From the NCBI GenBank assembly GCA_905178155.1, contig CAJINV010000001.1, positions 12,197,832-12,261,831 on the forward strand: DNA of 64,000 nucleotides, written 5' to 3'. This document shows, piece by piece, positions 25,054 to 35,354 of this stretch. The position numbers and the translations under genes are program-made. Source of the stretch: Amoebophrya sp. A120. Its lineage: Eukaryota > Protista > Dinoflagellata. Below the pieces are notes generated by a model. That model was not told the DNA's origin. It saw only the letters and a list, made by a program, of their open reading frames with translations, and ran no database searches. Numbering within the stretch: position 1 is the stretch's first letter; the number at the start of each line of letters is the position of its first letter.

Positions 25054-26082
25054 ATGGTGCGCGCATCACGGGTATTGCTGTTGGCGCTTGGCGTCAGCAG
25101 CGCAGTAGCAGTCAAAATGGATTTTGGCAAGTTCCTCCAAAATTGTGGGAATGCGGGCTGCCGGGCCATCGAGGAAATCCGCAACGTTCCCAATGTTGGA
25201 GATGCTGAGCACTGGGGACAAGCGTTTCAGCGAATCGCGGAGTCTCAGGAGGCCCAGGATGTTCGCGAGGAGGCCGAGCGTGTTCGCCAGGCCTGGGAAG
25301 AACAGCAGCGCCAGGCAAAGGAGACCGCGGAGCGTTTGTCTACGGAGGCCGCCGCTGTCTGGAACACTTGTGAAAACGACGCGAAGATGTTACTGGGCAA
25401 TTTCCAGCAGGTTTTATCCGATGCTCATCAGTCCCCCGCGGTACAGAAAGTAGTTCTCGACCTGAAAGACCTGGCGCAGGAAGCGGAACTACTCATTGAG
25501 CGAAAAGGCAATGACATTGCGGAACGGGTGCGCGAGGTGGCGCAGCATGCTGGGGAGACAGAGGCGGGACGAAAAGTGCGGGAAGCCGCCAAGCACATCT
25601 CGGAACATGCTACAAAGGCTGCGCGTGAGCTGGAAAAGCAGATGCACCGCGCCGGCGAGCAAGCGCGTCGGCTGTCGGAGTCCTTGGCGAAGGAGGCAGA
25701 CCGGCTGAAGCGGGACATCGAGGCCAAGGCAGCGGAAGCAGTACGCCACGCGGGCGCTGTTGCCGAACGGATCAAGGAGGAAGCGCCGGAGGTTGCGCGC
25801 GACCTGAAGGAGCAAGCCGAGAGCCAGGCTCGACAGATGGAAGGGGAGTTACGCAACATGCGGAAGGCGTTGGAGCATTTGGAGCACCAACTTCGGGATC
25901 GGCGAGCGGCGGAAAAGCTGCTTGAGTCGGCGAAGAAAACTGTCAAAGAAGCCCGGGAGAAGGCCAGTGCAGCGACAGAGAAGGAGCTGCAGAAACTGCT
26001 GACGGAAATCCACCGCATCACTACGGAAAGCGATTTGATTGACCAAATCAAGGCGATATTGCCGAACTCGAACCACCCGTAA
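25054..26082 (+). CDS. Putative secreted alpha-helical (LEA/apolipoprotein-like) protein, 342 aa, intronless
   Basis: Signal peptide MVRASRVLLLALGVSSAVA followed by an A/E/K/R-rich amphipathic helical body. Confidence 0.8.
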   Translation: MVRASRVLLLALGVSSAVAVKMDFGKFLQNCGNAGCRAIEEIRNVPNVGDAEHWGQAFQRIAESQEAQDVREEAERVRQAWEEQQRQAKETAERLSTEAAAVWNTCENDAKMLLGNFQQVLSDAHQSPAVQKVVLDLKDLAQEAELLIERKGNDIAERVREVAQHAGETEAGRKVREAAKHISEHATKAARELEKQMHRAGEQARRLSESLAKEADRLKRDIEAKAAEAVRHAGAVAERIKEEAPEVARDLKEQAESQARQMEGELRNMRKALEHLEHQLRDRRAAEKLLESAKKTVKEAREKASAATEKELQKLLTEIHRITTESDLIDQIKAILPNSNHP

Positions 26083-27453
26083 GATATGTGAGGAGGAAAG
26101 GCTCGTCGTCGTGCGGCGGACTCATTGACGACTTGGTCGCAATAAGCAATGTACGAGGGCGAGACTAAGTCTAAGTATAAGAGCAGTCCTCCTATCCTCG
26201 TCGGAAGGTGGAACAACAAACAAAGGTCACACCTGATTGAAGGTTTTGTGGTCCTTCTATGAATAAGCATTCGAGTGAAGCAAAAATTTGCCCCCTTATT
26301 GACATCATAGATGATGTTGTTGCCCGCTAAGCAACAGTTTTGATTCCTCAGGGGACCGCCGCCCACAAGAAAATCGTCTTCGCGGGGTACTTCAATAAAA
26401 AGAAGTAAAGGTTTTTTTACAACAGCCACGAATTTGGTGTGCTACTTTGATGGAACAATTCTCACACCGTGGATGATTTTTGAGATGGCGTACAGAAGCA
26501 GTAGGTGTGGCTCCGTCGCAGGGGCATGTATACCAACAAAAACTAAATAAACCAAATGGGAACTTGTAGCCGCATGCGCACTAGCGCTGAGGAATATTCC
26601 GAAAAACAAAGCTCGGCTCCGTGCGAGCAGAATTATTTCCCTCACAACCTTTGACTCATCTCCTAAAAACCATAAAAAATTGTTTTCGTGTCACAACGTC
26701 ATCGTCCCACTTCTCTCGGAAGCTGCACCGTTCAGGGTAGCGGTTGCACGAATCTATCATGCGCCTCTACTCATCTACCGTTTCTCTCCATCTTCGCCTA
26801 CGCTCTGGAATAAACTGCATTTACGCAATGTCACCGCTCGGGATGTTAAGAAGTGCGGTTCCTGAAAAAATTGCGTTTCTATGTGTGCACTTAAATACCA
26901 ATGCTGGATTCAAGGCAGCTGGTCCACTTTATTGCAAGTACTAGAGTCGGGACAAAGCACAAGCAGTCAAAGACCACGAAAAAATTCGACGGCTCCGTCG
27001 CGAATAAATCTGCGTAAATCAAATACAAGTTCACACAAAAACGAAGATGAGGATCTGTGGTCCGGTTTTCGTTCCCACAACATTGATCATGCCCAACCCC
27101 AAGTTCTTTTTTTGAAAGTCCGATGGATCAGTCAAAATTGGTTCAATTGGTGCATCTCGCCATACATTTATGAGATCAATCGCGTCATCAAGGAAACTTC
27201 TTTAATCTTCGTCCAAATAACGGAAGCCCTGACGACTCTAATTTAGCAACTTCTCAGTTCCACTTGTCGGGAAGGTCCACCAACTCGTTGTAAACTTGTA
27301 GCAACTACCGATATTAGCGTTAGCGGTACCGGTATCAATCCAACAGCAACTTCTAGTTCTACTTAGGTAACTCCACAGATCAGTCAGAATTACATTAACA
27401 TCGCTTTACACAGCAAAACCTACCACGCCCAGAGGATACCACCAATCATCAAA

Positions 27454-29208
27454 ATGGCGGGATCCATCCGTAAGAAGTTGACCAGCGTGGCGCTGGTGGC
27501 GGCGGGCCTCAGCAATTTCAACGTCGTCAGTGGACGCAAGTTCCTTTCTGCAGCAAATGCAAATAATGGAGCAGCAGCAGAAGTAGAGCACGGGCAGCTG
27601 CAACCGGGGGGAGGGGCAGAAGTCATCAGCGCGGCTGTCGCGACTTCTCAAGAACCCGAACCCGTCGTCGAGCGGCATGCTCGTTATGACGCTTCTGTCG
27701 CTTCTTCGAGTATGAGTCGTGAACAAGCAGAACAAGATGTTGAGATGATGCCCGAGGAGGACGCGGAGCACCAGGACGCTCCTGTTTCATCTTCCCCTGC
27801 TGTCATCGAGGAGGATCAGTGGAACCAGCAAGGGTTCTTCGCCGAGCCCGTCGATGCGCAGGCCGACGAGCAGCTCGCTCCTACTGCCGTCATGTCGACT
27901 GACGGTCAGGAAGCTCGTGCTCTTGATGACATCGAAGCAGAGCGTCAACATGCTCAGAGAGAAGCCGAAGAGATGATGGAAACAGCTCCTTTGCTACCCG
28001 CACAGGCAGTCTCTGAGGAAGAACCCGCTCAGGCTGCTGCGCCAGCATCTGATTCTTTTGTTGAAGACGCAGGACAGGAAGTAGATCCGTTGAAGCCCGA
28101 GTCGGCAGAACCGGAGTCCGCTGAGACGATGGAAGGCTCGGAGTCGCAGACTGTGAGTGAAGAACCCGTCGTCGAGCTGCATGCTCATGATGCTGCTCCT
28201 GTCGACGCTCCTCTTTCTCAGGTGGAGCCGCCGCTTACGAGTGAAGGCGAAGATGTTGAGATGACGTCCGAGCAGGGCAACGCGGAGCACAAGGACGTTC
28301 CTGTAGTTTCTTCCCCGGTCGTCGACGAAGAGCAGCAACGGGAGCCGCAATGGTTCGCCGGCGCGCCCATGGTCCATGCGCAGGCTGAAGAGGAAGCTCC
28401 TACGGGCGCCATGTCGACTGACGGTCAGGAAGGAGATGGCGAAGTCGATGCTCAACTTGTTGAACGAAAGGAGGAAGACGAAGAGATGGAAACAGCTGCT
28501 CCTTCGCTACCCGTACAGGGGGCAGTCTCTGAGGAAAATAAACCTGCTGAGGCTGCTACGGCATCATCTTCTGGTCCTGTTCAAGACGCAGGAGAGCAGG
28601 CTTCGTTGACCGAGCCGAAGCCGGCGGAGCAGAAACAATCCGCTGAGCCGATCATGGAAGGCTCTTCAGGGTCGCAGACTGGTGACGAAGCTGTTACGAT
28701 CACGAGCCGTGGGGCCGTTTTGATGGAAAGCGGACGCGCCCAGGCCCTGCACATGTGTGAGCAGGCACAACGCGGCACCAAACGCGCTTTCCTTGCTGTA
28801 CAGTCAGAATGCCGGTCGAAGGTTCGAGCGCTATCGGAACGGGCGCGGGGTCGCGCTGCCGAGGCACACGCAGCTGCGAGAGAGTTTCACGAAAACAAAA
28901 CTCGCCCGTTCCTCGCGAGCGCCGCGCAGCTGAGCTCCAACGCGGGTACCAAAGCCTCTGAAGGGGCTGCGGCGCTTCGGGAAAGCGTCGCGCAGCTGAG
29001 CTCCAACGCGGGTACCAAAGCCTCTGAAGGGGCTGCGGCGCTTCGTGGACACGCCGTGCAGGCAAGGGGAGCCCTCAACCGAGCCTGCGACCGTCGTCGT
29101 CGGTCCCGCTCTCCTCGCGGAAGGGCTCGTGCTGCTGATGAAGGTGTTATGACGGCCGAGGCGGATGAGCGTGCGCAGGAAGAGGAACAACCTGCAGCTG
29201 AACCGTAA
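27454..29208 (+). CDS. Putative secreted acidic repeat protein, 584 aa, intronless
   Basis: Hydrophobic N-terminus (LTSVALVAAGL), long E/A/P-rich body, internal duplication and 22-aa repeat. Confidence 0.8.
   Translation: MAGSIRKKLTSVALVAAGLSNFNVVSGRKFLSAANANNGAAAEVEHGQLQPGGGAEVISAAVATSQEPEPVVERHARYDASVASSSMSREQAEQDVEMMPEEDAEHQDAPVSSSPAVIEEDQWNQQGFFAEPVDAQADEQLAPTAVMSTDGQEARALDDIEAERQHAQREAEEMMETAPLLPAQAVSEEEPAQAAAPASDSFVEDAGQEVDPLKPESAEPESAETMEGSESQTVSEEPVVELHAHDAAPVDAPLSQVEPPLTSEGEDVEMTSEQGNAEHKDVPVVSSPVVDEEQQREPQWFAGAPMVHAQAEEEAPTGAMSTDGQEGDGEVDAQLVERKEEDEEMETAAPSLPVQGAVSEENKPAEAATASSSGPVQDAGEQASLTEPKPAEQKQSAEPIMEGSSGSQTGDEAVTITSRGAVLMESGRAQALHMCEQAQRGTKRAFLAVQSECRSKVRALSERARGRAAEAHAAAREFHENKTRPFLASAAQLSSNAGTKASEGAAALRESVAQLSSNAGTKASEGAAALRGHAVQARGALNRACDRRRRSRSPRGRARAADEGVMTAEADERAQEEEQPAAEP
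27658..28690 (+). repeat. Diverged intragenic tandem duplication (copies start 504 bp / 168 aa apart)
   Basis: GAACCCGTCGTCGAGC at 27658 and 28162. Collinear shared motifs DVEM, MSTDGQE, METAP/METAA, AVSEE, EDAG/QDAG, MEGS. Confidence 0.8.
28923..29045 (+). repeat. 66-bp-period tandem repeat (57 identical bp x2) encoding AQLSSNAGTKASEGAAALR
   Basis: Identical segments at 28923-28979 and 28989-29045. Confidence 0.9.
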
Positions 29209-30506
29209 CTAAATTTTGATACTCCAAGTAGCGCCAGGCTTACTTTCGCCTGCGGGTGGTCCACAAGTGTGCATTTGTAGCGCCGGGCGACTGGTGTTGT
29301 AGTTGCGCACTGAGTATGAGTTTGTAATCTGCAGCTACAAAACAAAGCTCAAGAAAAAAGACATAGACCGCAAGCTGAGCGGCCGCAAGGTACACAAACT
29401 CTACTTTCCGACGTGTGGGCTTGAGTGCGTATCTTCCGCGTTTTTGTAAGTCACATAATAAAACTGCGATGAGCAGACAATGAAGACGAAGATGTATGAT
29501 AAATGAGGATGTATGATGAATGCTCTACGTCGCATGGTGGACATGACCTTCGATTTTCGAGTCATGCAGTAGAGGCAAATATTATGATGTATAATTCCCG
29601 ATTTTTTTGTTGTAGTTGGTGTAGAATTTATTTAGCATCTTTTACCCTTCACCGTTATCTCCCATATCGGACCGAGTCTAGCGATCCCGATCCTTCGTGG
29701 CGATTGCGCTTCTCAGAAGTACTTTAGGACAATCATGCAGAATAAAAACTACTGCCTTATTCGTATTCCTATGCACGCGAGCACGGAGTAGGGCATCGCT
29801 GTTGGCTTACTCTCCGCCTAGTCATTCTTTTTCTGTCATATTGAACTAACACGGCCCAACCTTCCTATTCTAAAAACCTGGAAACCATCATCGGAAGACT
29901 GTTTTCCATTTTGTATGACAACTGTATGATGAAATGATAATGATGATGAAGGTAGCAATGACCCCGACCACATCAATTCTCCTAAGACGAAAAAACTCGA
30001 CTCCTGCGCCGGATGAATGTTCTTCGTGCCACATCCCACTTCTGAAAGTGCGTTCTGTGTGAGAAATGATCAAGATCATGGTTCTTGCAAACGATGATCA
30101 AATTTACTCTGACACAAGTGACAAGTTCGACACAAGGAAGTGGCAAGTTCGACGAAGCGATCAGCATGTTTATTTAACATCGCGATATTTTTCGGTTCAA
30201 CAGGCGCTGCTGAAATACCATTGATCGGTTGCAATATCTTCACGACAAACAAAGCAAGCGCTGGGGTTGAAGGCACAGAAAAGTATTTGCGAATTTTTAG
30301 CATCCGGTCGTGATCTGGTAACGTAACCAAAGCGCTTCATTTTTGCAGATGAACCAGTTGGATGTTAAAATACTGTAATTCAGTAGTTCTGGAGCAACTA
30401 CACTAGTGAGCTACTTTTGTGCGTAAAGAGAAAGACTAGTAGCTTCTGGTTCACCGTGGGGTGAAGAAAGCGATACTCGAAGTCGTAGCAGCGACAAGGC
30501 GGAACT

Positions 30507-31545
30507 ATGTCGATTCCACCGGAAGATGGTGGCTCGAAGCCAATCCTGATTTCGCTTCCCACGAACAATTGTGCGCGCATCCTGCTTTTCCTGCGGCTTT
30601 CCGGTCTCGAGGACCAGGTGGAAATAAAGACGCCAAAAGATTTCGGCGGCCTGAACTCTCCGGAGTACCGGAAGATCAATCCGCAGGGCAAGTTTCCAGC
30701 GCTGATCATTCCCCGGTCGGAAGCCAGCGTCGAAAGTTTTTGGTTCGAGGCCCAGGTGGTCCTGGACTTGCTGAAGAACAAGCTTCTGGCAGGAAACCCG
30801 GACAAGATAGCGTCTTGGAATGGCGGGGCTGCCGGCAGCGCGGAACAGCAAGCGAAGGTGCGCCTCCTGATACAAGTGCACGACTTGTACCTGGCTTCGC
30901 CAAACAGCACGCAGCCAGGGTAAGAATAGTGTTCCTACTTACTTGGATTGACCACATTTTTTATGGTTTATTTCGTAGGTGCGCTTCTTTAGGAACTGAA
31001 ATTTTATTGAGAAGCGAGAAAGTAAATGTCCCAGGACTTTTCCGCGCTCCTCTTTCGAAGTCGAAAATGCACTGCAGGACTACTTCTACACTTGACTATA
31101 TCGAAACAGAATTTTCCTACTGCTCAACAGGAGCATCGCGACTCAGGGGTGCCTCTACAAGGGCGACGTGCCACTGAAGGAGCGCAGCTCGCGAGCAGTG
31201 GAGCTGAATAAGCAGCTCAGCGTTTTGGAGTCCTTACTGGACGAGAGCGGCCCTTACTGCTGTGGGGCAGAAATCACGCTGGCGGATCTGGTGATCTACC
31301 CCACTTTCCTCTTCCTCGCTCCGCTCACCGAAGCAGCCCTCGGCTGGCCCGCCGGAAAAGTCTGGGATGGCAGGCCGAAGCTCCAAAAATGGTTTGGAAA
31401 CTTTGAGAAAGCGAATCCCGAGGTCGAAGGCATTTGCAACGACGTGCGTGGCTTCGTGCAGAATTCCTTCCTTGGGAGTGGTCGGATCGCGAAAATCCGT
31501 GAAGCTGTCGAGTCAGAAGAAGGAAAGGCACTGCCTTGGATGTAG
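30507..31545 (+). CDS. Glutathione S-transferase family protein (intron 30920-31130)
   Basis: N-domain SPEYRKINPQGKFPAL...EAQVV; C-domain GPYCCGAEITLADLVIYP. The GT-AG intron joins as QPG-SIATQGCLYK. Confidence 0.88.
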
Positions 31546-32160
31546 AAGTTGTAATTGAAAAAACTAAAACATTTCGTAATGTCCATCGGACGGATTTACA
31601 CAACTGCAGCGCTTTCGATTCATCTAGCAGATTTCTGTGCTTTCGTGCGGCTGAAAAGCATCAATCTCCATTGACTGTTCCACATGGCAGGAAGGAAGAA
31701 GTTTCAATGCTGAAGATGCTCTTTTCTACATGCGTGCGCATCGTCCTCGTCATACTCGACGAACACGAATTTTCTTTAAATTCGTTGCAGCAACAGCGCC
31801 TCTGCATCAGCGTCGGCAGTGGTATGCGTCAGCGTAGCACGGCGCGTTTGAGAAGAGCTGTAGAAAAAAAACTCTGACGGAGTTTTTCTATCGCACTAGC
31901 GATCCTTCGGGCGCTGAATGTTTTTCGAAACAGTTAGTTCTTTCTTTCTCTGGCGAAGGAAGAGAAGATTTGTAGCATCTGCAGCGTGCGTGTCCAGCAA
32001 CCCGTGTTAGCATTGAGCCAGATATTAAATCTTACGTGTTTATTCAGAAGATCGACTTGGTTGCTTTTCAGTTTCAACAAGGCATTCTGAAGAACTACAG
32101 GTGGCCGCATGAACTGACATTATAGACGCTGACTGTACCAGAACCAGGGGCGCATCTGCG

Positions 32161-34443
32161 ATGATGATCATGCTCGTCTTTTTGTGTCTCGTCCTGGCGT
32201 GTTGCTTCCGCTCTGCGGACGCGGCGCTGCCACAGAGGATACCCAAATTTGAATCTCGACCGGATCCAGACTCCCCAGTTGCGGTTCCTCTCAAGGCATA
32301 TACCCTGCGAGCCGACCAGGAGCAAGCCTTGATTGACCATTACAACGGCCTAGAATTGGAAGACGCGCCGGGCGGCTGTAGTGACGTGGACGTCCCCTCT
32401 CCTGCAATCACAGCAGCATCGTCGACCACATCTTGTTGCTCCAACTCGCGGCGCGACGCGCATCAAGATGCCAAGGGTGTAAGCGCCAGATCGACCTCTT
32501 TATTGAGAGCTAGGAATTCTCACCGAGATAGGCGCTTATCCACCGTGGCGTGCAATCGCAAGCATCTCGAGGCTGATGAAAAATTCGATAGCATTAGCAG
32601 TAGCAGAACGAGCGAGCAGGGAGATAAGGAGGAGGAGGAGCAGCTACACCATGACGAGCGGATGAGTCAAGGCACTCTTTGTCTTTCCGCCTCAGGAGTG
32701 TCTCAAGAAGGCGAGCACGATGAACAGTGTGGCTCCAGTGATGAGGATGGCGATAGCGTTTTTAGCGATAGCAGCTCAGAAAGCGACGAAGCGACTGACG
32801 AGGACGATGGAAATTCTACCACTGATGCAGAAACTTCCGAGGATGATGAGAATTCTACATGCAGTGATGTTGAACGACGAGGCTCCGAGGCCGACAGCAC
32901 CACGTTGCTTTCCGCCCTTTGCCTGGCGAGTTTGCAAACGCCCTACAAGCACATGAAAACTTTGCCGATGATGCTGGGGAACTGGGAGAGCCTGGACGGG
33001 TGCCGGTCCGACGCGATGCTGGTTGCGAAGGTTCTGCGGGACCGGAAACACTTCCAGAAGACCAAAGTGTTAACCGGGTACGCCCAGTCAAAGGAGATGC
33101 GCGGGCGGGTGGCAAGTCGCCCGTTGTTGCGGAAAAAGGACGCGGTGAAACACTTGAAAGAGCTGTTTGCAGAGGGAAACCACTACGAACGGGCGCTCTT
33201 CGTTGTCTACTACAGTGGTCACGGGCACTGTGCGCACGGGGAAGACGACAAATACAAGGGGGCGTGCGTGTTCGCGGCGGACAGGAACCCGCTCGGTACC
33301 ATGTACCTCGGATTCAAAGACTTTCTCAGCATCTGGCAGGACGCGCGAAAACATTTTCCGAATTCCGGACAGGGGCACAAACTGCTGCTCATCGTGGACG
33401 CTTGCTATAGCGGAAAGCTCGTGATGAAGCTGCGGCAGCACGTCGCCAGCGTGAGGCGCGAGAAGATGCTCAGCGAAGATGCTTTCTCGGAGTCTACCGA
33501 AGCTTGCGGGCAGGATAATACTGAGGCCGGAGCGAGTTGCTGTACTTCTACACAGGGACGAATCGTAAAGTGTGGAAAAACAGATCCACGAAAGGTGCAA
33601 ACGCTGTTCAATACCGCGATGCGCCGTAGATTCGGAAAATACGTTCGCTGCTCGCCGCGTGTCCGAAGAGGCATACTGAAGAAATACGCGGTGATGCATT
33701 CGCCATCACGGTATAAAAATGCGCCTTTGTCTGTAGAAAAATCACCGACAGCAAAGGTCGATCACATGAAGGTAGCTCCAGTGCGTTCACGCGAGAAGAA
33801 GGAAGATAAGATGCTACAGGACGATGAGGACAGCTGTCTTGGTCAACCAGTGAAGATGTGCAAGACCAGGATGGTCCGCAAGGGTAGTCTGCGAAGCGAT
33901 AGTGTCAGCTGCTGCAGCACCGAACTCAGCGCCGGTGATGGAAGCTCCTGTGCGGCTCCATCTGGAGTCTCACTTTCTGAGGTTGAGCATGGTTACTGGG
34001 ATGAACCTACTTCTACGCCCTATCGCGAAAGTAGCAGCAGCTGCAGCGGCTCGCGGTCAGTAGGATCACTAGGACCGTCCTCGATGGAGCACTGTGAATT
34101 CTTCGATCCCGTGGGCATTGCAATTCAATCCGCGGGGGATTCAAGGCAGTCTGTCTGGGAGCGGGAAGCCACGCATGCCGGTAGTTTCTACTACAACGGG
34201 GAACTGACAAGCTGGTTTGTGGCACGCAACAAGGCCGCTCCCGCGGAAACGGCCTTCACACCCGTAGTTCCGGGTGTCCGGTGGAGTTCTGCGAAAAATT
34301 GCGCACAGTATCCGGACTATTTTGCAAGTTGGATGTCTCCTGCCACTGCCCTGCAAACAGGCCCTATCACAGATTTGGACGATTACGTGCCGGGAGGAAT
34401 GGTCTTCATGCGGAGAAGAAGGCCAAAAAATTCGGCTGTCTGA
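32161..34443 (+). CDS. Caspase/metacaspase-like C14 peptidase with N-terminal signal sequence, intronless
   Basis: Catalytic dyad motifs VYYSGHG and LLIVDACYSG; p10-like SAGDSRQSVWE...NGELTSWF; hydrophobic N-terminus MMIMLVFLCLVLACCFRSADA. Confidence 0.75.
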   Translation: MMIMLVFLCLVLACCFRSADAALPQRIPKFESRPDPDSPVAVPLKAYTLRADQEQALIDHYNGLELEDAPGGCSDVDVPSPAITAASSTTSCCSNSRRDAHQDAKGVSARSTSLLRARNSHRDRRLSTVACNRKHLEADEKFDSISSSRTSEQGDKEEEEQLHHDERMSQGTLCLSASGVSQEGEHDEQCGSSDEDGDSVFSDSSSESDEATDEDDGNSTTDAETSEDDENSTCSDVERRGSEADSTTLLSALCLASLQTPYKHMKTLPMMLGNWESLDGCRSDAMLVAKVLRDRKHFQKTKVLTGYAQSKEMRGRVASRPLLRKKDAVKHLKELFAEGNHYERALFVVYYSGHGHCAHGEDDKYKGACVFAADRNPLGTMYLGFKDFLSIWQDARKHFPNSGQGHKLLLIVDACYSGKLVMKLRQHVASVRREKMLSEDAFSESTEACGQDNTEAGASCCTSTQGRIVKCGKTDPRKVQTLFNTAMRRRFGKYVRCSPRVRRGILKKYAVMHSPSRYKNAPLSVEKSPTAKVDHMKVAPVRSREKKEDKMLQDDEDSCLGQPVKMCKTRMVRKGSLRSDSVSCCSTELSAGDGSSCAAPSGVSLSEVEHGYWDEPTSTPYRESSSSCSGSRSVGSLGPSSMEHCEFFDPVGIAIQSAGDSRQSVWEREATHAGSFYYNGELTSWFVARNKAAPAETAFTPVVPGVRWSSAKNCAQYPDYFASWMSPATALQTGPITDLDDYVPGGMVFMRRRRPKNSAV

Positions 34444-35354
34444 CTTTTTGGAAAAATATACATACGCGTGGATACTTACAGAGAATGACAAATCCTGCAT
34501 GAATACACATCCTCATTTTTCTCTTTCTGTCTCTGTTCCCACTTGGGTGCAGCGCGACAATGCTGCACTCACGATTTTTAGCCGCTGAATGAAAGTGGAT
34601 CGCACAGGTACTTATCAATCTATGTATGAGAACACAGACGCGAAATCGAGATCGAGCTATTCAACAATCCTGGGACTTTTTGACTTTGCACATTGACAAG
34701 ATGAAAGAAATCCAAATTAGGCGCAAGAATTTTCGTACAACCACCGCTGGCGCTGTCGTCAAGGTGGGGTTGGATTATTGCCCTGGTGCTACTGTGCATA
34801 TCAGACGATTTTCGAGCACAGGAATCTACTTTCTTAGTAAGGTCGTGATGTATCTTCGCTCGACTTCGATCACGATCTCGATGTAAAGAACAAATGGAGA
34901 AGCAACTAGAGGTATACAGTAACTACAGGACGACGATCATTAGAAGATCCCAACTTTTCTGTATGTGCTGCTAGATCCGTGACGATCATGCTCTTGTAGT
35001 TCTCAAAACTGCCCTTATTCATCATTATCACGCCATCTGAAAAGATCTATGTCCCATGAAGATCACCGATCATGTACGGAAGTTGCGCGACCGGGCGTAC
35101 CATCTCAAACTAAAAAAACGTGCATGGCGATACATATATCGACCTCTTCCAGATAAAATTTGATCACTATGAGGTATCGATGTCGAGACCAAATTTACAT
35201 GATCCATTGATTTCCAGCTTTCAGGACGAGCGGACCAGCTCGCTTGTGCCGTGGGGTGGGCACCTAAGTATCATACTTAAAGAAAGTAAGTAACGAATTG
35301 GTTTCCAAACGTGGAAGCCTTGTATTACCTTCGAGAAGCAACGTTTTTATCACC

